Of a stretch of 19,378 bases of DNA, positions 1 to 8,661 are shown in pieces (position 1 is the stretch's first letter; every line of letters starts with the position of its first letter). Source of the stretch: Elusimicrobiota bacterium (GTDB lineage: Bacteria > Elusimicrobiota > Elusimicrobia > UBA1565); NCBI GenBank assembly GCA_043819795.1, contig JBDREN010000023.1:1-19378 (forward strand). The letters are read 5' to 3'. The position numbers were made by a program, and so were the translations under genes. The notes beneath the pieces are model-generated. The model made no database searches. It worked only from the letters and a program-made list of their open reading frames with translations, and had not been told where the DNA came from.

Positions 1-315
1 TTGGAGTACGTCTGCATGAACCCCCACCCCATGGTGGCCGCCTCCCTGCTTGAGCGTCGCTTTCGGGTGGGGGCGCCTCCGGCTTACTACCTATCCATCC
101 CAAGCCCCCAAACCAGCCGTCACCGCTACGTCCGCAAGGCCGATGTGGAGACGATCCGCCGACAAACCGATGCTTGGCGCGAGTTCAGCCGGGCCATCAC
201 CGCGATCGTTCGCATAGACCGTGAGATCGAGCAGTTATTGCGAAGGATCGGGAAGGGGCTCTGCCGGAACATCGATTCCCTGCGGGGAAAGAAGAAGAGG
301 AAGAAACGCGGATGA
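1..315 (+). CDS. Small basic IS-associated protein (DUF6788-like), probably 5'-truncated by the window edge
   Basis: Open from base 1. YYLS...RYVRK motif, helical segment and K/R tail resemble small ORFs found upstream of some transposases. Stop overlaps the transposase ATG. Confidence 0.55.
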   Translation: MEYVCMNPHPMVAASLLERRFRVGAPPAYYLSIPSPQTSRHRYVRKADVETIRRQTDAWREFSRAITAIVRIDREIEQLLRRIGKGLCRNIDSLRGKKKRKKRG

Positions 316-1820
316 AACCCTGGCTGTTGTGGCGAGAGGACAAAGCTGCCGTGGCGCGGCAGTTGGAAGAAGGCCGGCATTTGGACGGACACACGAGCGC
401 GTTTGGGGACAATGATCTAATCATCGGGTTCTTGATGGTGGAGGGCTTCTGGTCGGTTCTGGTGGAAACCGAAGCCGACGGGCTCAAGAAGGGCAACGGC
501 TACCCGCCGCGGACGCTCAACGGCTTGTGGGCCTTATGCGAACTGGCCGGGGTGGAGCGCATCGCACAGAGCGGGAAAGTAATTGGGGATGAAGCGCTTT
601 TGCGGATGGTGGGTTTTCAAGTGGAGCAGATCGAAAAGGCCAAGACAAAGGGGCGGCCGCGCGTGGATTCGGAGACCTTGTCGAATCACTTGGGCCGCAT
701 CAGCGAAGGGTCGGTAGAAAAGAGTTGGTGGGAGCATGTGCGGCTGCTTCGGTTGAAGAAATGGTTTCGGGGCGGGGTGTACGCGGTGGACGGGACGGAC
801 ATCACGATCCCTTACGGGGAGAAGGAAAACTACGAAGGGGCCGAGCATCGCGGCGAGGCCGTCGGATATAAGCTCGTCGTGGTACTCAATATTGAGGAGG
901 GAAAGGAGCGGGTAGTCGGCTGGATTTTGGGAGGTTTGGCGCGCAACGAAAAGACGCTGCTGAAAGAACTCATGTCGCGTTTGCGGGAGCAGTTCGGGCG
1001 TCTGGGCGATTGGATGAAGGTGCTGGTGATGGACCGGGCGTACTGGGGCGCCGAGTTCTTGGGCGATCTGAAGAAGAACGAGGGCGTCGACTACGTCGTA
1101 CGAGCCAGGAGCGAAAAGATCGCGGTAGCGCAGGATATGGAAGGGTTGTCCAAACTGGGGAGCACGGTATGGCATGAGGTTGAGGAAGAACACAGCCGGC
1201 TGGGGAAGATGCGGGTAGAGATAGCGGGGTTTCAGGAGTTGCCGTTGTGGGATGAGGGAGAGGTGGATCATGGACCGTGCCAGGGAGTGATCGCGGAGGA
1301 ATACGATTCGAAAAGACGGCGGCTGCCGGAACGCGATCGATTCTACTACGTGACGAGCCTGCCGGTGGACCCGAAATCGGCGGAATCGGTGCAAAGCGTG
1401 CGCACATACTATCGCCGGCGCTGGGCGATAGAGAACCAGGGTTTCTGGGTGCTGACGAAGCGCTGGAACCTGGACACGCTGGTGGCGCGCAACCTCAATG
1501 CGATCCGGGCTCGGCTGAACTTCGCGCTGCAGCTTTACAACGCGGAGAACTGCTGCGCATGGAAGCATCCGGGAGACTTCGAGGATGAGCTGCCGCGTTT
1601 GAAGAGGCCGCCGCAAGGAGAGCGGCTGGGTCGGCCCTCGATCATGGTCTACACACCAGAGGGCGAGATCGGAGCGTTCCAGGTTAATGAGTACCAGAAT
1701 TTGATAACAACGGCGGTGACGAAAGAAGTGACGAAGACCGTAAAGAAGGAAGTGCGGGACCGGATCCGCGAGGGTCTGGCGCAGGGCCGCACGTTGGACG
1801 AGGTCCTGCGGGATCTTTGA
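312..1820 (+). CDS. DDE transposase (IS4-superfamily-like)
   Basis: 502 aa. YAVDGT (D1), VMDRAY (D2) and YYRRRWAIEN (YREK-type motif carrying the catalytic E). Confidence 0.85.
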   Translation: MKPWLLWREDKAAVARQLEEGRHLDGHTSAFGDNDLIIGFLMVEGFWSVLVETEADGLKKGNGYPPRTLNGLWALCELAGVERIAQSGKVIGDEALLRMVGFQVEQIEKAKTKGRPRVDSETLSNHLGRISEGSVEKSWWEHVRLLRLKKWFRGGVYAVDGTDITIPYGEKENYEGAEHRGEAVGYKLVVVLNIEEGKERVVGWILGGLARNEKTLLKELMSRLREQFGRLGDWMKVLVMDRAYWGAEFLGDLKKNEGVDYVVRARSEKIAVAQDMEGLSKLGSTVWHEVEEEHSRLGKMRVEIAGFQELPLWDEGEVDHGPCQGVIAEEYDSKRRRLPERDRFYYVTSLPVDPKSAESVQSVRTYYRRRWAIENQGFWVLTKRWNLDTLVARNLNAIRARLNFALQLYNAENCCAWKHPGDFEDELPRLKRPPQGERLGRPSIMVYTPEGEIGAFQVNEYQNLITTAVTKEVTKTVKKEVRDRIREGLAQGRTLDEVLRDL

Positions 1821-1827
1821 GTTCCCC

Positions 1828-1955
1828 GGCCTGGGCTGGGGAGAATCGAAAGTAGCGGAGGGCCCCGAAAAGGGGCCCGGGCCGGGCCTTCGACGGAGAG
1901 GAGCCCGGCAGGGACGGCACGCTCAAAATCCACTTTCGATTTTCCTGGCCGGGCC
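1828..1955 (+). other. Multi-stem inverted-repeat structure downstream of the transposase (possible structured RNA or IS end)
   Basis: GGAGAATCGAAAGT (1840-1853) pairs with ACTTTCGATTTTCC (1932-1945). This stem encloses hairpins GGGCCCC/GGGGCCC (1860-1878) and GCCGGGC/GCCCGGC (1881-1909). Confidence 0.55.
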
Positions 1956-1964
1956 GCCGCGACC

Positions 1965-1992
1965 TTGACAGCGCGTCTCATCCGGCTATAAT
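1965..1992 (+). promoter_or_regulatory. Consensus sigma70 promoter
   Basis: TTGACA (1965-1970), 16-bp spacer, TATAAT (1987-1992), in a GC-rich intergenic region upstream of a + strand gene cluster. Confidence 0.85.
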
Positions 1993-2044
1993 ATCCCCGT
2001 GGCGGAGCGCGCTCATGAGCGGCGCGCCCCCAGGAGCCAAGGTC

Positions 2045-2081
2045 GCCCGCAGACCCGGATATCCGGGGGCGGGCTTTTTTT
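2045..2081 (+). terminator. Intrinsic terminator in the 5' leader (attenuator-like)
   Basis: GCCCGC-AGA-CCCGG-ATAT-CCGGG-G-GCGGGC stem followed by T7 (2075-2081). Confidence 0.7.
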
Positions 2082-2159
2082 CGGAGGCCGTGTCCGCCTC
2101 CATGACGCTCCTCGCGTAGGGAGGGTCGTGGAGGCCTTTGTTTTGAAGGCGGAGGCGCT

Positions 2160-2441
2160 ATGATCAAGCTGACCAAACAGGCCGCATCGAAGATTCAGGA
2201 GGCCTTGGAGCGAAAGGATTGCGTGGGCAAGGCCCGCCTTCGGATCGAGTCCAACCAGGGGCGTTTCAAGCTGCATCTGGAACGGCTCGCCCAGGTGCCT
2301 CCAAAGGACGCGGCGACGGCGGAAGGAATCCCCGTCACGATGGACGAGGATACGGCGCGGCAGGTGGCGGGGCTCGAGCTGGACTACGTGCCGTCGCAGG
2401 ACCCGGCCGAAGGCGGCTTCATCTTTAGGCCCGCGCCGTAG
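2160..2441 (+). CDS. HesB/IscA-like protein lacking the Fe-S cysteine motifs
   Basis: MIKLTKQAASKI...LRI...GIPVTMD...GLELDY...GGFIF pattern; GGAGG RBS. Confidence 0.7.
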   Translation: MIKLTKQAASKIQEALERKDCVGKARLRIESNQGRFKLHLERLAQVPPKDAATAEGIPVTMDEDTARQVAGLELDYVPSQDPAEGGFIFRPAP

Positions 2442-2528
2442 GCCGGCTCCGGGACGCCGGACCCGCGCGGAGGCCCATGCGGAGTGGCCGACCGCGGGGC
2501 GCCCGGTGCGAGGTCGAATCTAAGCCCT

Positions 2529-2726
2529 ATGGTTTTCGTCAGAGTGAAAGAAGACGAGGCCATCGAAACCGGGCTGCGGCGCTTCAAGCGGCAATGCCAG
2601 CGCGCCGGGATTCCAAGGGACATCAGGAGGCGCGAGCATTGCGTTCCGCCGAGTGTCGGGAAGCAGGTCAAGAGGCGGGAGAACGAGAGGCGCCGACGTC
2701 GCTCAAGGCGCCGCCGGTCGCGCTGA
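2529..2726 (+). CDS. rpsU: 30S ribosomal protein S21 (bS21)
   Basis: MVFVRVKEDEAIETGLRRFKRQCQRAGI..IRRREH..PPSV, 65 aa with Arg-rich tail; typical bS21. Confidence 0.9.
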   Translation: MVFVRVKEDEAIETGLRRFKRQCQRAGIPRDIRRREHCVPPSVGKQVKRRENERRRRRSRRRRSR

Positions 2727-2739
2727 GGGGGGGGAGCTC

Positions 2740-3261
2740 ATGATTGGATGCGGGCGATCGAATAGCTGGTCATGGATGATGCTCTCCGTGCTGCTTCTGT
2801 CCTTGTTGTGCGGCTGCGGCAATCCTGGCGCCCAACGCGAGGAAGCAGAGCTGCTCGGCGGCCGCTACGGCCGGGATTCCCGCAAAGTGACGCAGATCCA
2901 GCTGCTGCTGATGCACGAGGGGCATCATGCGGGGGAGGTGGATGGGCTCCTGGAATCGAACACCAGGGACGCGGTCGAGCGCTTCCAGGCGGCCCACGGC
3001 ATCCCGCGGTCGGGATACGTCGACCGGGCCACTTGGCTGGCCATGACGGCGCTGCGGGACGACGAGGAAGCACCATCCAGCGTCAAGCAGGTGCAGTACG
3101 CGCTCTTCCTCGCCGGTCTCAATCTCGGCTCCATCGACGGCGTCTGGGGCTGGAGGACCGAAGACGCGCTTAGAGAGTTCCAGAAGCGGCACGAGCTGGA
3201 GCAGACGGGCACGATCGACGACGAGACATGGGAAGCGCTCAAGCCATTCGTGAACGAATGA
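2740..3261 (+). CDS. Lipoprotein with two peptidoglycan-binding (PG_binding_1) domains
   Basis: Hydrophobic signal with lipobox-like LCGC. Two repeats: V..IQ..L...G...G.VDG....T.DA...FQ..HG....G..D..TW. Confidence 0.8.
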   Translation: MIGCGRSNSWSWMMLSVLLLSLLCGCGNPGAQREEAELLGGRYGRDSRKVTQIQLLLMHEGHHAGEVDGLLESNTRDAVERFQAAHGIPRSGYVDRATWLAMTALRDDEEAPSSVKQVQYALFLAGLNLGSIDGVWGWRTEDALREFQKRHELEQTGTIDDETWEALKPFVNE

Positions 3262-4004
3262 CCGGACTCAGCGCGGCCCGGCCGCGCCGCGCGGATGCCG
3301 CGCCATCGCGCGAGGGCGACGCGGCTCCGGGCGCCCGGGCAGGGCGCCGGTTCTGGCTTTTCGCGGCGCTGTTCGCCGCCATCATCGCGGCGCTCGCCTG
3401 GGCGCTGGAGGGCGAGGTGTCGTCGGTCGAGGGGCTTCGGGCCGCCGTTTCCCGAGCCGGCGGCTGGGCTCCCCTCGTCTATATCGGCCTGCTGATCGTC
3501 CGGCCGTTCTCCTTGTTCTCGGCGTACGTCCTTTTCGCGGCGGGCGGCCTCGTCTTCGGGGCGGCCGCCGCCACGCTATACTCCTCCTTCGGCTACACTT
3601 TAGGGGCGCTGCTGGGTTTCTGCCTCGCGCGCTATATGGGCAGGGACTTCGTCGAATCATGGATCGAACGGCGGCCGGGCGGGTCCAGCCTCGGACCGAT
3701 GACCCCGAAAAAGGTGTTCCTCCTCAACGTCGCGCCCATAATCCCCAACGCTCCCGTCAACCTGGCGGCCGGCTTCTCGCGCATCAGCCCGGCCTCCTTC
3801 ACTTTGGCCACCGCGCTCGGCATCACGCCCTGCGCGTTCTGCTACAGCTACCTCGGGCACGCTTTGGACGCCCCGACCCCCGGCAGATTGCTGGCCGTCG
3901 CCGCTCTGGCCACGGCCTTGACCCTTGTGCCGCTCGTTTGGGTCTATTCCGGCGCCGGGAAGAAGTGGCCGAGGGACACCGCTGCCGAAGGAGGAGCAAG
4001 ATGA
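3258..4004 (+). CDS. TVP38/TMEM64 (DedA, SNARE-associated) family membrane protein
   Basis: AGG.VFG...G.TLGA.LGF.LARY.GR and P.IP..PVN.AAG.S.I....F..AT.LG..P motifs; ATGA overlaps at both ends. Confidence 0.85.
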   Translation: MTGLSAARPRRADAAPSREGDAAPGARAGRRFWLFAALFAAIIAALAWALEGEVSSVEGLRAAVSRAGGWAPLVYIGLLIVRPFSLFSAYVLFAAGGLVFGAAAATLYSSFGYTLGALLGFCLARYMGRDFVESWIERRPGGSSLGPMTPKKVFLLNVAPIIPNAPVNLAAGFSRISPASFTLATALGITPCAFCYSYLGHALDAPTPGRLLAVAALATALTLVPLVWVYSGAGKKWPRDTAAEGGAR

Positions 4005-5347
4005 CGCCCACAATGAGTCCGCGTCAAGTCGAGCTGGCCGAGAAGTTCGGAAGCGGCGAAGCCGAGGACTGGTATGACTGGCGATGGCACGTACGCAACC
4101 GGATCCAGGACGTCGACCGCTTCTGCGCGGCCCTGGGTATTGACCTGCCCGCAGACAAAAGACGGGCGTTGGAGCGGACGGTGGCTCGCTTTCCCCTGGC
4201 CGTCACCCCCTACTACGCCTCACTGATCGATCCGGACGACCACGAGAACGACCCCATCTGCCGGCAGTGCTTCCCCTCCGTCGAGGAGCTCAACGTCTGG
4301 CGCTGCGACAACTCGGACCCCCTCGCGGAGGACAAACATAGCCCGGTCCCGGGGATCACGCACCGCTACCCCGACCGGGTCCTCTTCCATGTCAGCAACG
4401 TCTGTTCGCTCTACTGCCGGCACTGCACGCGCAAGCGTAAGGTGGGCGACGTGGACAGGATCCCCTCGCGCAACGAGCTACGCGACGGCATCGAGTACAT
4501 CCGGCGGACGCCCGCGGTTCGGGACGTCCTACTCTCCGGAGGGGACCCGCTGATGCTCTCCGACGACATGCTCGACGGGATCCTCTCGGAGCTCCGCCGC
4601 ATCCCGCACGTCGAGATCGTGCGCATCGGCTCCCGGATGCCGGTCACCTTGCCCTACCGGGTCACCGACCGCCTAGTGGAGATGCTGAAGAAGCACCATC
4701 CCTTGTGGCTCAACACGCAGTTCAACCATCCGCGGGAGCTCACCAGGTCCTCCCAATGGGCCCTCGCCAAGCTCGCGGACGCCGGTATCCCGCTCGGCAA
4801 CCAGTCGGTACTGCTGGCCGGCGTCAACGACTGCCCCCGGATCATCAAGACGCTGGTCCAGAAACTCGTGCGGCACCGCGTGCGGCCCTACTATATCTAC
4901 CAGTGCGACCTGTCGGAAGGGCTCGGGCATTTCCGCACGCCCATCGGCAAAGGCATCGAGATCATCGAGAACCTGATCGGACACACCAGCGGGTTCGCGC
5001 GGCCGGTGTACGTGGTGGACGCGCCGGGCGGCGGCGGCAAGATCCCCATCCAGCCTAACTACATCGTCTCCTGGTCCACCAACAAGGTCGTGCTCCGGAA
5101 CTACGAGGGCGTGCTCTGCACCTACAAGGAGCCCGACTCCTACGAGCCCTGGTTCTGCGACCGCAACTGCCGCGAGTGCCAACTGCAGCTCAAGGTCGAG
5201 GAGGCCAGCGAGGAGCGGGCGCTCGGCGTCTCGAAGCTGCTGGCCGACTACAGCAAGGCGACGACCCTCGTGCCCGAGGGCACCCAGCGGCCGGGCGAGG
5301 GGAATAGCGGCAGGGCGGGCTCCGCCGGAGACCCCGGCGGAGTCTGA
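4001..5347 (+). CDS. ablA: Lysine 2,3-aminomutase (KamA-family radical SAM, AblA type)
   Basis: [22 protein letters not shown] (CxxxCxxC), [18 protein letters not shown] (PLP Lys), LRNYEG and C-terminal [16 protein letters not shown] before ATG 4001. Confidence 0.9.
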   Translation: MTPTMSPRQVELAEKFGSGEAEDWYDWRWHVRNRIQDVDRFCAALGIDLPADKRRALERTVARFPLAVTPYYASLIDPDDHENDPICRQCFPSVEELNVWRCDNSDPLAEDKHSPVPGITHRYPDRVLFHVSNVCSLYCRHCTRKRKVGDVDRIPSRNELRDGIEYIRRTPAVRDVLLSGGDPLMLSDDMLDGILSELRRIPHVEIVRIGSRMPVTLPYRVTDRLVEMLKKHHPLWLNTQFNHPRELTRSSQWALAKLADAGIPLGNQSVLLAGVNDCPRIIKTLVQKLVRHRVRPYYIYQCDLSEGLGHFRTPIGKGIEIIENLIGHTSGFARPVYVVDAPGGGGKIPIQPNYIVSWSTNKVVLRNYEGVLCTYKEPDSYEPWFCDRNCRECQLQLKVEEASEERALGVSKLLADYSKATTLVPEGTQRPGEGNSGRAGSAGDPGGV

Positions 5348-5382
5348 CCAAGGCCCGGCACGACAGGAGGCCCTTCGACGCC

Positions 5383-5500
5383 ATGACCGCCCTGGACTAC
5401 CTTGTCTGCGGCGTTCACATGGCCTGCGTGCTGGGGATCGGCGTCTATCCCTTCACGAAGAACAAGGACAGCGAGGACTACTGCGTCGGAGGCCGCTCTC
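5383..5500 (+). pseudogene. Truncated sodium:solute symporter (SSS family), N-terminal fragment
   Basis: MTALDYLV...MACVLGIGVY....NKDSEDYCVGGRS matches SSS TM1 and the DY.VGGRS motif; AGGAGG RBS. Similarity stops after about 39 aa and the ORF ends at 5634. Confidence 0.7.
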
Positions 5501-5672
5501 GGCAAAAAGCGCGATGCGTCTATCGCAGAGATCCGGCATTCTACGGAATCATCGTCTCCGCAGTAGTGTCCCCGGCGGGGTCGGCCCTCTGCTCGGACAC
5601 GGCTCGACATGAAGAAACGGCGGATGCGCGCTGAAGCGCGCGTGGGGCGGCCGGTCCCAGGCGAAAGAAGGA

Positions 5673-5760
5673 CCTCGCAGCGGAGCTCGAAGGACTCATA
5701 GGATTGGCCTATGGAGGGCTCGTTGATGATCGAGGTCGATCTTTGAGGGTTTCGCGGCAT
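5673..5760 (-). pseudogene. 5' remnant of a tyrosine integrase, paralog of 18208-19176
   Basis: MPRNPQRSTSIINEPSIGQSYESFELRCE versus MSRNPQGYTSIINEPSIGQAYEAFELRCE. DNA 5673-5783 aligns without gaps to 19089-19199. Confidence 0.85.
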
Positions 5761-5857
5761 CTCCCGTAGCTCCAAGAACCTTGAGGCTGTGGACAGGTCC
5801 GGGAACAACAAGAAACGGCGATTCTTGCGACGGGGTTCCCGATAAAGAAGAGGTGTA

Positions 5858-5896
5858 AACGAAGAAGGCCTCGGCTATGCCGAGGCCTTCTTCGTT
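5858..5896 (-). terminator. Long hairpin, terminator-like, just 3' of the tRNA fragment
   Basis: Perfect 18-bp stem AACGAAGAAGGCCTCGGC-TAT-GCCGAGGCCTTCTTCGTT. Confidence 0.7.
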
Positions 5897-5900
5897 GATA

Positions 5901-5946
5901 TGGGTGCGGGGGCAGGATTTGAACCTGCGACCTCAAGGTTATGAGC
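5901..5946 (-). repeat. att site: duplicated 3' part of initiator tRNA-Met (CAT)
   Basis: Minus strand GCTCATAACCTTGAGGTCGCAGGTTCAAATCCTGCCCCCGCACCCA; no tRNA 5' half upstream. 42/46 identical to 19333-19378. Confidence 0.9.
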
Positions 5947-6324
5947 TTTGCACCTCAGAAAACGGCCCGCTCAGAACCTCTCCGTCGAGAACCCCCTTGG
6001 CGGCGCCTTCCGTCCGCCCAGGAACCTTGTGGTTCTCGATGATTGTAGCAAATCCCAATTAACGTCGCATCCTCCAGCGAATCCAGACGTGGTCCTATGT
6101 AGCCGTTCCCGTTCGCATGCAATCATCGTTTCCGGCATCCCGATCAGGACAGCCCCTGTCATCTCCTCGTGCCCTCCAAGAACGGCGACAACCCCGCGAC
6201 ACAGGATTAGTTGAAGGCAGTCGAGAAGGCGCTCAAGGTCGATATTCAGAGATTGGTGTACGTGGACGGTATGCACGACATGAGCGACGGGACAGCAGCG
6301 TTTCCGGGGTCAGGCCCAACGGGT

Positions 6325-7092
6325 TCAGAAGCCGCTGCCCGGCTTGGCAGCCCGGATATTGGCGCAAACGGCGAGCTTGTGGCCCGTGCGGGCGTTTCGG
6401 CCCTTTGAGAGCACCTCGATGCCTGCGAATCCCGTCTCGCGCATCAGCCGGAGGAAATCGGTTTCCGGAAGCGCTCCCCCGATGCAGCGGAACCAGTCGT
6501 CGATGCTCGCGCACTCGCCCCGCGGGATGGGAGCGGAAAGCACGACCTCCGCGAATACCGTAAAGCCTCCGTGTCCGAGGACCCGGAACACCTCCTGCAT
6601 GACGCCCTTCTTGTCCGGCGAGAGGTTGTATATCCCGTTGCTGCACACCACATCGATCGATCCATCCGGCAGCGGAATCCTGTCCGAGGAGCCCTGGAGC
6701 ACTTCCACATTGGAGATGGATGTTTCCCTCATGTTCTTCCGCGCTTTGGAGACCATCTCGGGAGCGAGGTCCACGCCGTACGCCTTGCCCCTCGGTCCGA
6801 CCGCCCGAGCGTACAGATAGAGGTCCAGCCCCGCGCCGCAACCGAGGTCCAGGACCGTGAGCCCCGGCCGCAGACGGACATGGGGATGGGGGTTCCCGGC
6901 TCCGGTGAAGGATTCCCACAAAGGTGGCGGCAGGCGGTCGAGCAGATTCCGCGGGTAGCCCACGCTTTCGGCGAATCTCCTGCCGACCGGGAAATTGAAT
7001 CTTGTCGCCGGCTCGGAGGCGACCTGCCCGTACTTCACGGCTACGGCCGCCTTGATCTCCTCGTGCGAGAGTTCCTCAAGCCTCCTGCCCAA
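6325..7092 (-). CDS. SAM-dependent methyltransferase (ArsM-like family)
   Basis: VLDLGCGAGLD motif I, IPLPDGSIDVVCSNG, WFRCIGGAL; TTG start with GGAGG RBS. Confidence 0.8.
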   Translation of the reverse strand: MGRRLEELSHEEIKAAVAVKYGQVASEPATRFNFPVGRRFAESVGYPRNLLDRLPPPLWESFTGAGNPHPHVRLRPGLTVLDLGCGAGLDLYLYARAVGPRGKAYGVDLAPEMVSKARKNMRETSISNVEVLQGSSDRIPLPDGSIDVVCSNGIYNLSPDKKGVMQEVFRVLGHGGFTVFAEVVLSAPIPRGECASIDDWFRCIGGALPETDFLRLMRETGFAGIEVLSKGRNARTGHKLAVCANIRAAKPGSGF

Positions 7093-7119
7093 GCGGGACC
7101 TCCTTGCGCATCCAGAACG

Positions 7120-8094
7120 TCAGGCGGCCCCTGCCATCCTATGGCTGTCGCAGCCCGCGTCCGGCCGGTTCTCGTCGAACAGCCCTGTGCTCAGGTAGCG
7201 CTCGCCCGTGTCGGGGAGCACGACCACGATCATCCTGTGCTTGTTCTCGGGCCTCTTCGCCACCTCGACCGCGGCCCAGAGCGCGGCGCCCGAGGAGATG
7301 CCGGCAAGAATGCCCTCCTCGCGGGCGAGCATCCTCGTCATGGCCCCGGCGTCCTCATTGCTCACCCGCACGACCTCGTCTATCATGTCTCGCCGGAGCA
7401 CGTCCGGGACAAAGCCGGCGCCTATGCCCTGTATCTTGTGCGGTCCGGGCTTGCCCCCGGAGAGCACGGGCGAGTCCGCCGGCTCCACGGCGATAGCCTT
7501 GAACTCCGGCTTTCTTTGCTTGAGCACCTCGGCCACGCCGGTGATGGTGCCCCCGGTGCCCACGCCGGAGACCAGGATATCCGCCCTTCCGCCCGTGTCC
7601 TCCCATATCTCCTCGGCCGTCGTCCTCTTGTGGATGTCGGGATTGGCCTGGTTCTTGAACTGCTGCGGGATGAGGTACCTCCGGTCCGAAGCCGCCATCT
7701 CCTCGGCCTTGCGCACCGCTCCGGCCATGCCTTCGGAGCCGGGCGTGAGAACGAGCTCGGCCCCGAACGCCTTGAGGAGAGACCGGCGCTCCACGCTCAT
7801 GGTGTCCGGCATCGTAAGGGTCAGGCGATAGCCCTTGGCCGCGCATACGAAGGCCAGGGCGACTCCCGTGTTGCCGCTGGTGGGCTCCAGCAGGATGGTG
7901 TCTTTCCGGATACGGTCTTCCCTCTCCGCCGCCTCGATCATCGACAGCCCTATGCGGTCCTTGACGCTGGAGCAAGGGTTGAACGACTCCAGCTTGGCGA
8001 CTATGTCCGCGCGCCAGCCCGGCCCGATTCGCCTCAGCCTTACGAGCGGGGTCCTGCCGATCAGTTCGCTTACGTTGTCCGCTATTCGCGGCAT
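7120..8094 (-). CDS. cysK: Cysteine synthase A (O-acetylserine sulfhydrylase)
   Basis: [23 protein letters not shown] (PLP Lys), [38 protein letters not shown]. Start 8094 chosen on RBS spacing; 8100 or 8103 possible. Confidence 0.95.
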   Translation of the reverse strand: MPRIADNVSELIGRTPLVRLRRIGPGWRADIVAKLESFNPCSSVKDRIGLSMIEAAEREDRIRKDTILLEPTSGNTGVALAFVCAAKGYRLTLTMPDTMSVERRSLLKAFGAELVLTPGSEGMAGAVRKAEEMAASDRRYLIPQQFKNQANPDIHKRTTAEEIWEDTGGRADILVSGVGTGGTITGVAEVLKQRKPEFKAIAVEPADSPVLSGGKPGPHKIQGIGAGFVPDVLRRDMIDEVVRVSNEDAGAMTRMLAREEGILAGISSGAALWAAVEVAKRPENKHRMIVVVLPDTGERYLSTGLFDENRPDAGCDSHRMAGAA

Positions 8095-8157
8095 CTTCAT
8101 CATCCTCCTTCTGCGAGTAACGAAAGTCCGGCGCCGTCGCGGGCGATCAGGCGGTGG

Positions 8158-8592
8158 TCAGTCCTCCTGCAGCCGCTTCTTCTTTTGGTGCAGCTTCACC
8201 AAATCCTGGAGGGTCCTGCGGCCGAGCGCTGCGGACACGGCCTTGCCGATATCGTTCCAGACCTCCCGGGCGGCGCAGGACGCCCGCCGGTCGCAGAACG
8301 CCGGATTCGTCAGGCATTCCACCGGCGATATCGGTCCCTCCAGCCTCGAGACTATCTCGAGCAGGCTGATCCGGGAAGGGTGCTTCGCCAGCGCGAATCC
8401 GCCCAGCGCGCCCCGGGTGCTTGTGAGAAGGCCGGCGTTCCTGAGCTCCTGCGCAAGCTGAGCCAGATATCGTTGCGGGATGCGCTGACTTCTGGCTATG
8501 GCCTTGAGCTGGATAGGCTTGCCGCGTTCCTGCAAGGCCAGCTCCAGCATCGTCCGCAGCCCGTACCGTCCTCTTGTCGAAACCTTGATCAT
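8158..8592 (-). CDS. Rrf2 family transcriptional regulator with three Cys (IscR/CymR-like)
   Basis: STRGRYGLR, IARSQRIPQRYLAQL, STRGALGGF.LA, and C-x6-C-x5-C (ECLTNPAFCDRRASC). Confidence 0.9.
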   Translation of the reverse strand: MIKVSTRGRYGLRTMLELALQERGKPIQLKAIARSQRIPQRYLAQLAQELRNAGLLTSTRGALGGFALAKHPSRISLLEIVSRLEGPISPVECLTNPAFCDRRASCAAREVWNDIGKAVSAALGRRTLQDLVKLHQKKKRLQED

Positions 8593-8661
8593 GCGCTCCT
8601 CCCGGTCCCAATGGCCTTGCCTTCATGTCTCGCTGATGCCTGTTCCGGAACTTCTATCCCC

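Larger units (their letters stand above)
1..1947 (+). mobile_element. Insertion sequence (two-ORF, DDE transposase); left end outside the window, right end approximate
   Basis: Small ORF coupled by an ATGA overlap to a DDE transposase. Candidate terminus ...ACTTTCGATTTTCCTG at 1932-1947. The left IR is not visible, so the end is unverified. Confidence 0.65.

Noticed and set aside
2727..2734. G8 tract as a phase-variation switch
   Set aside because: Short, intergenic and sufficiently explained as the RBS region in GC-rich DNA.
3659..4000. N-terminal extensions given in the ORF track for ablA (also rpsU, the lipoprotein and DUF1858)
   Set aside because: They overlap or precede upstream genes. 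RBS position, ATGA coupling or family length support the shorter starts.
5248..5811. 187-aa minus-strand ORF as an intact gene
   Set aside because: Only about 30 codons match the integrase; the rest is read-through antisense to the SSS fragment and ablA.
5901..5946. Complete tRNA gene
   Set aside because: Sequence beyond 5946 lacks the 5' anticodon stem, D-arm and acceptor strand; it is only an att fragment.
6325..7092. Selenoprotein or bona fide arsM
   Set aside because: No in-frame TGA (the Cys codon is TGC), the GCGNP Cys is missing and there are no ars genes nearby.
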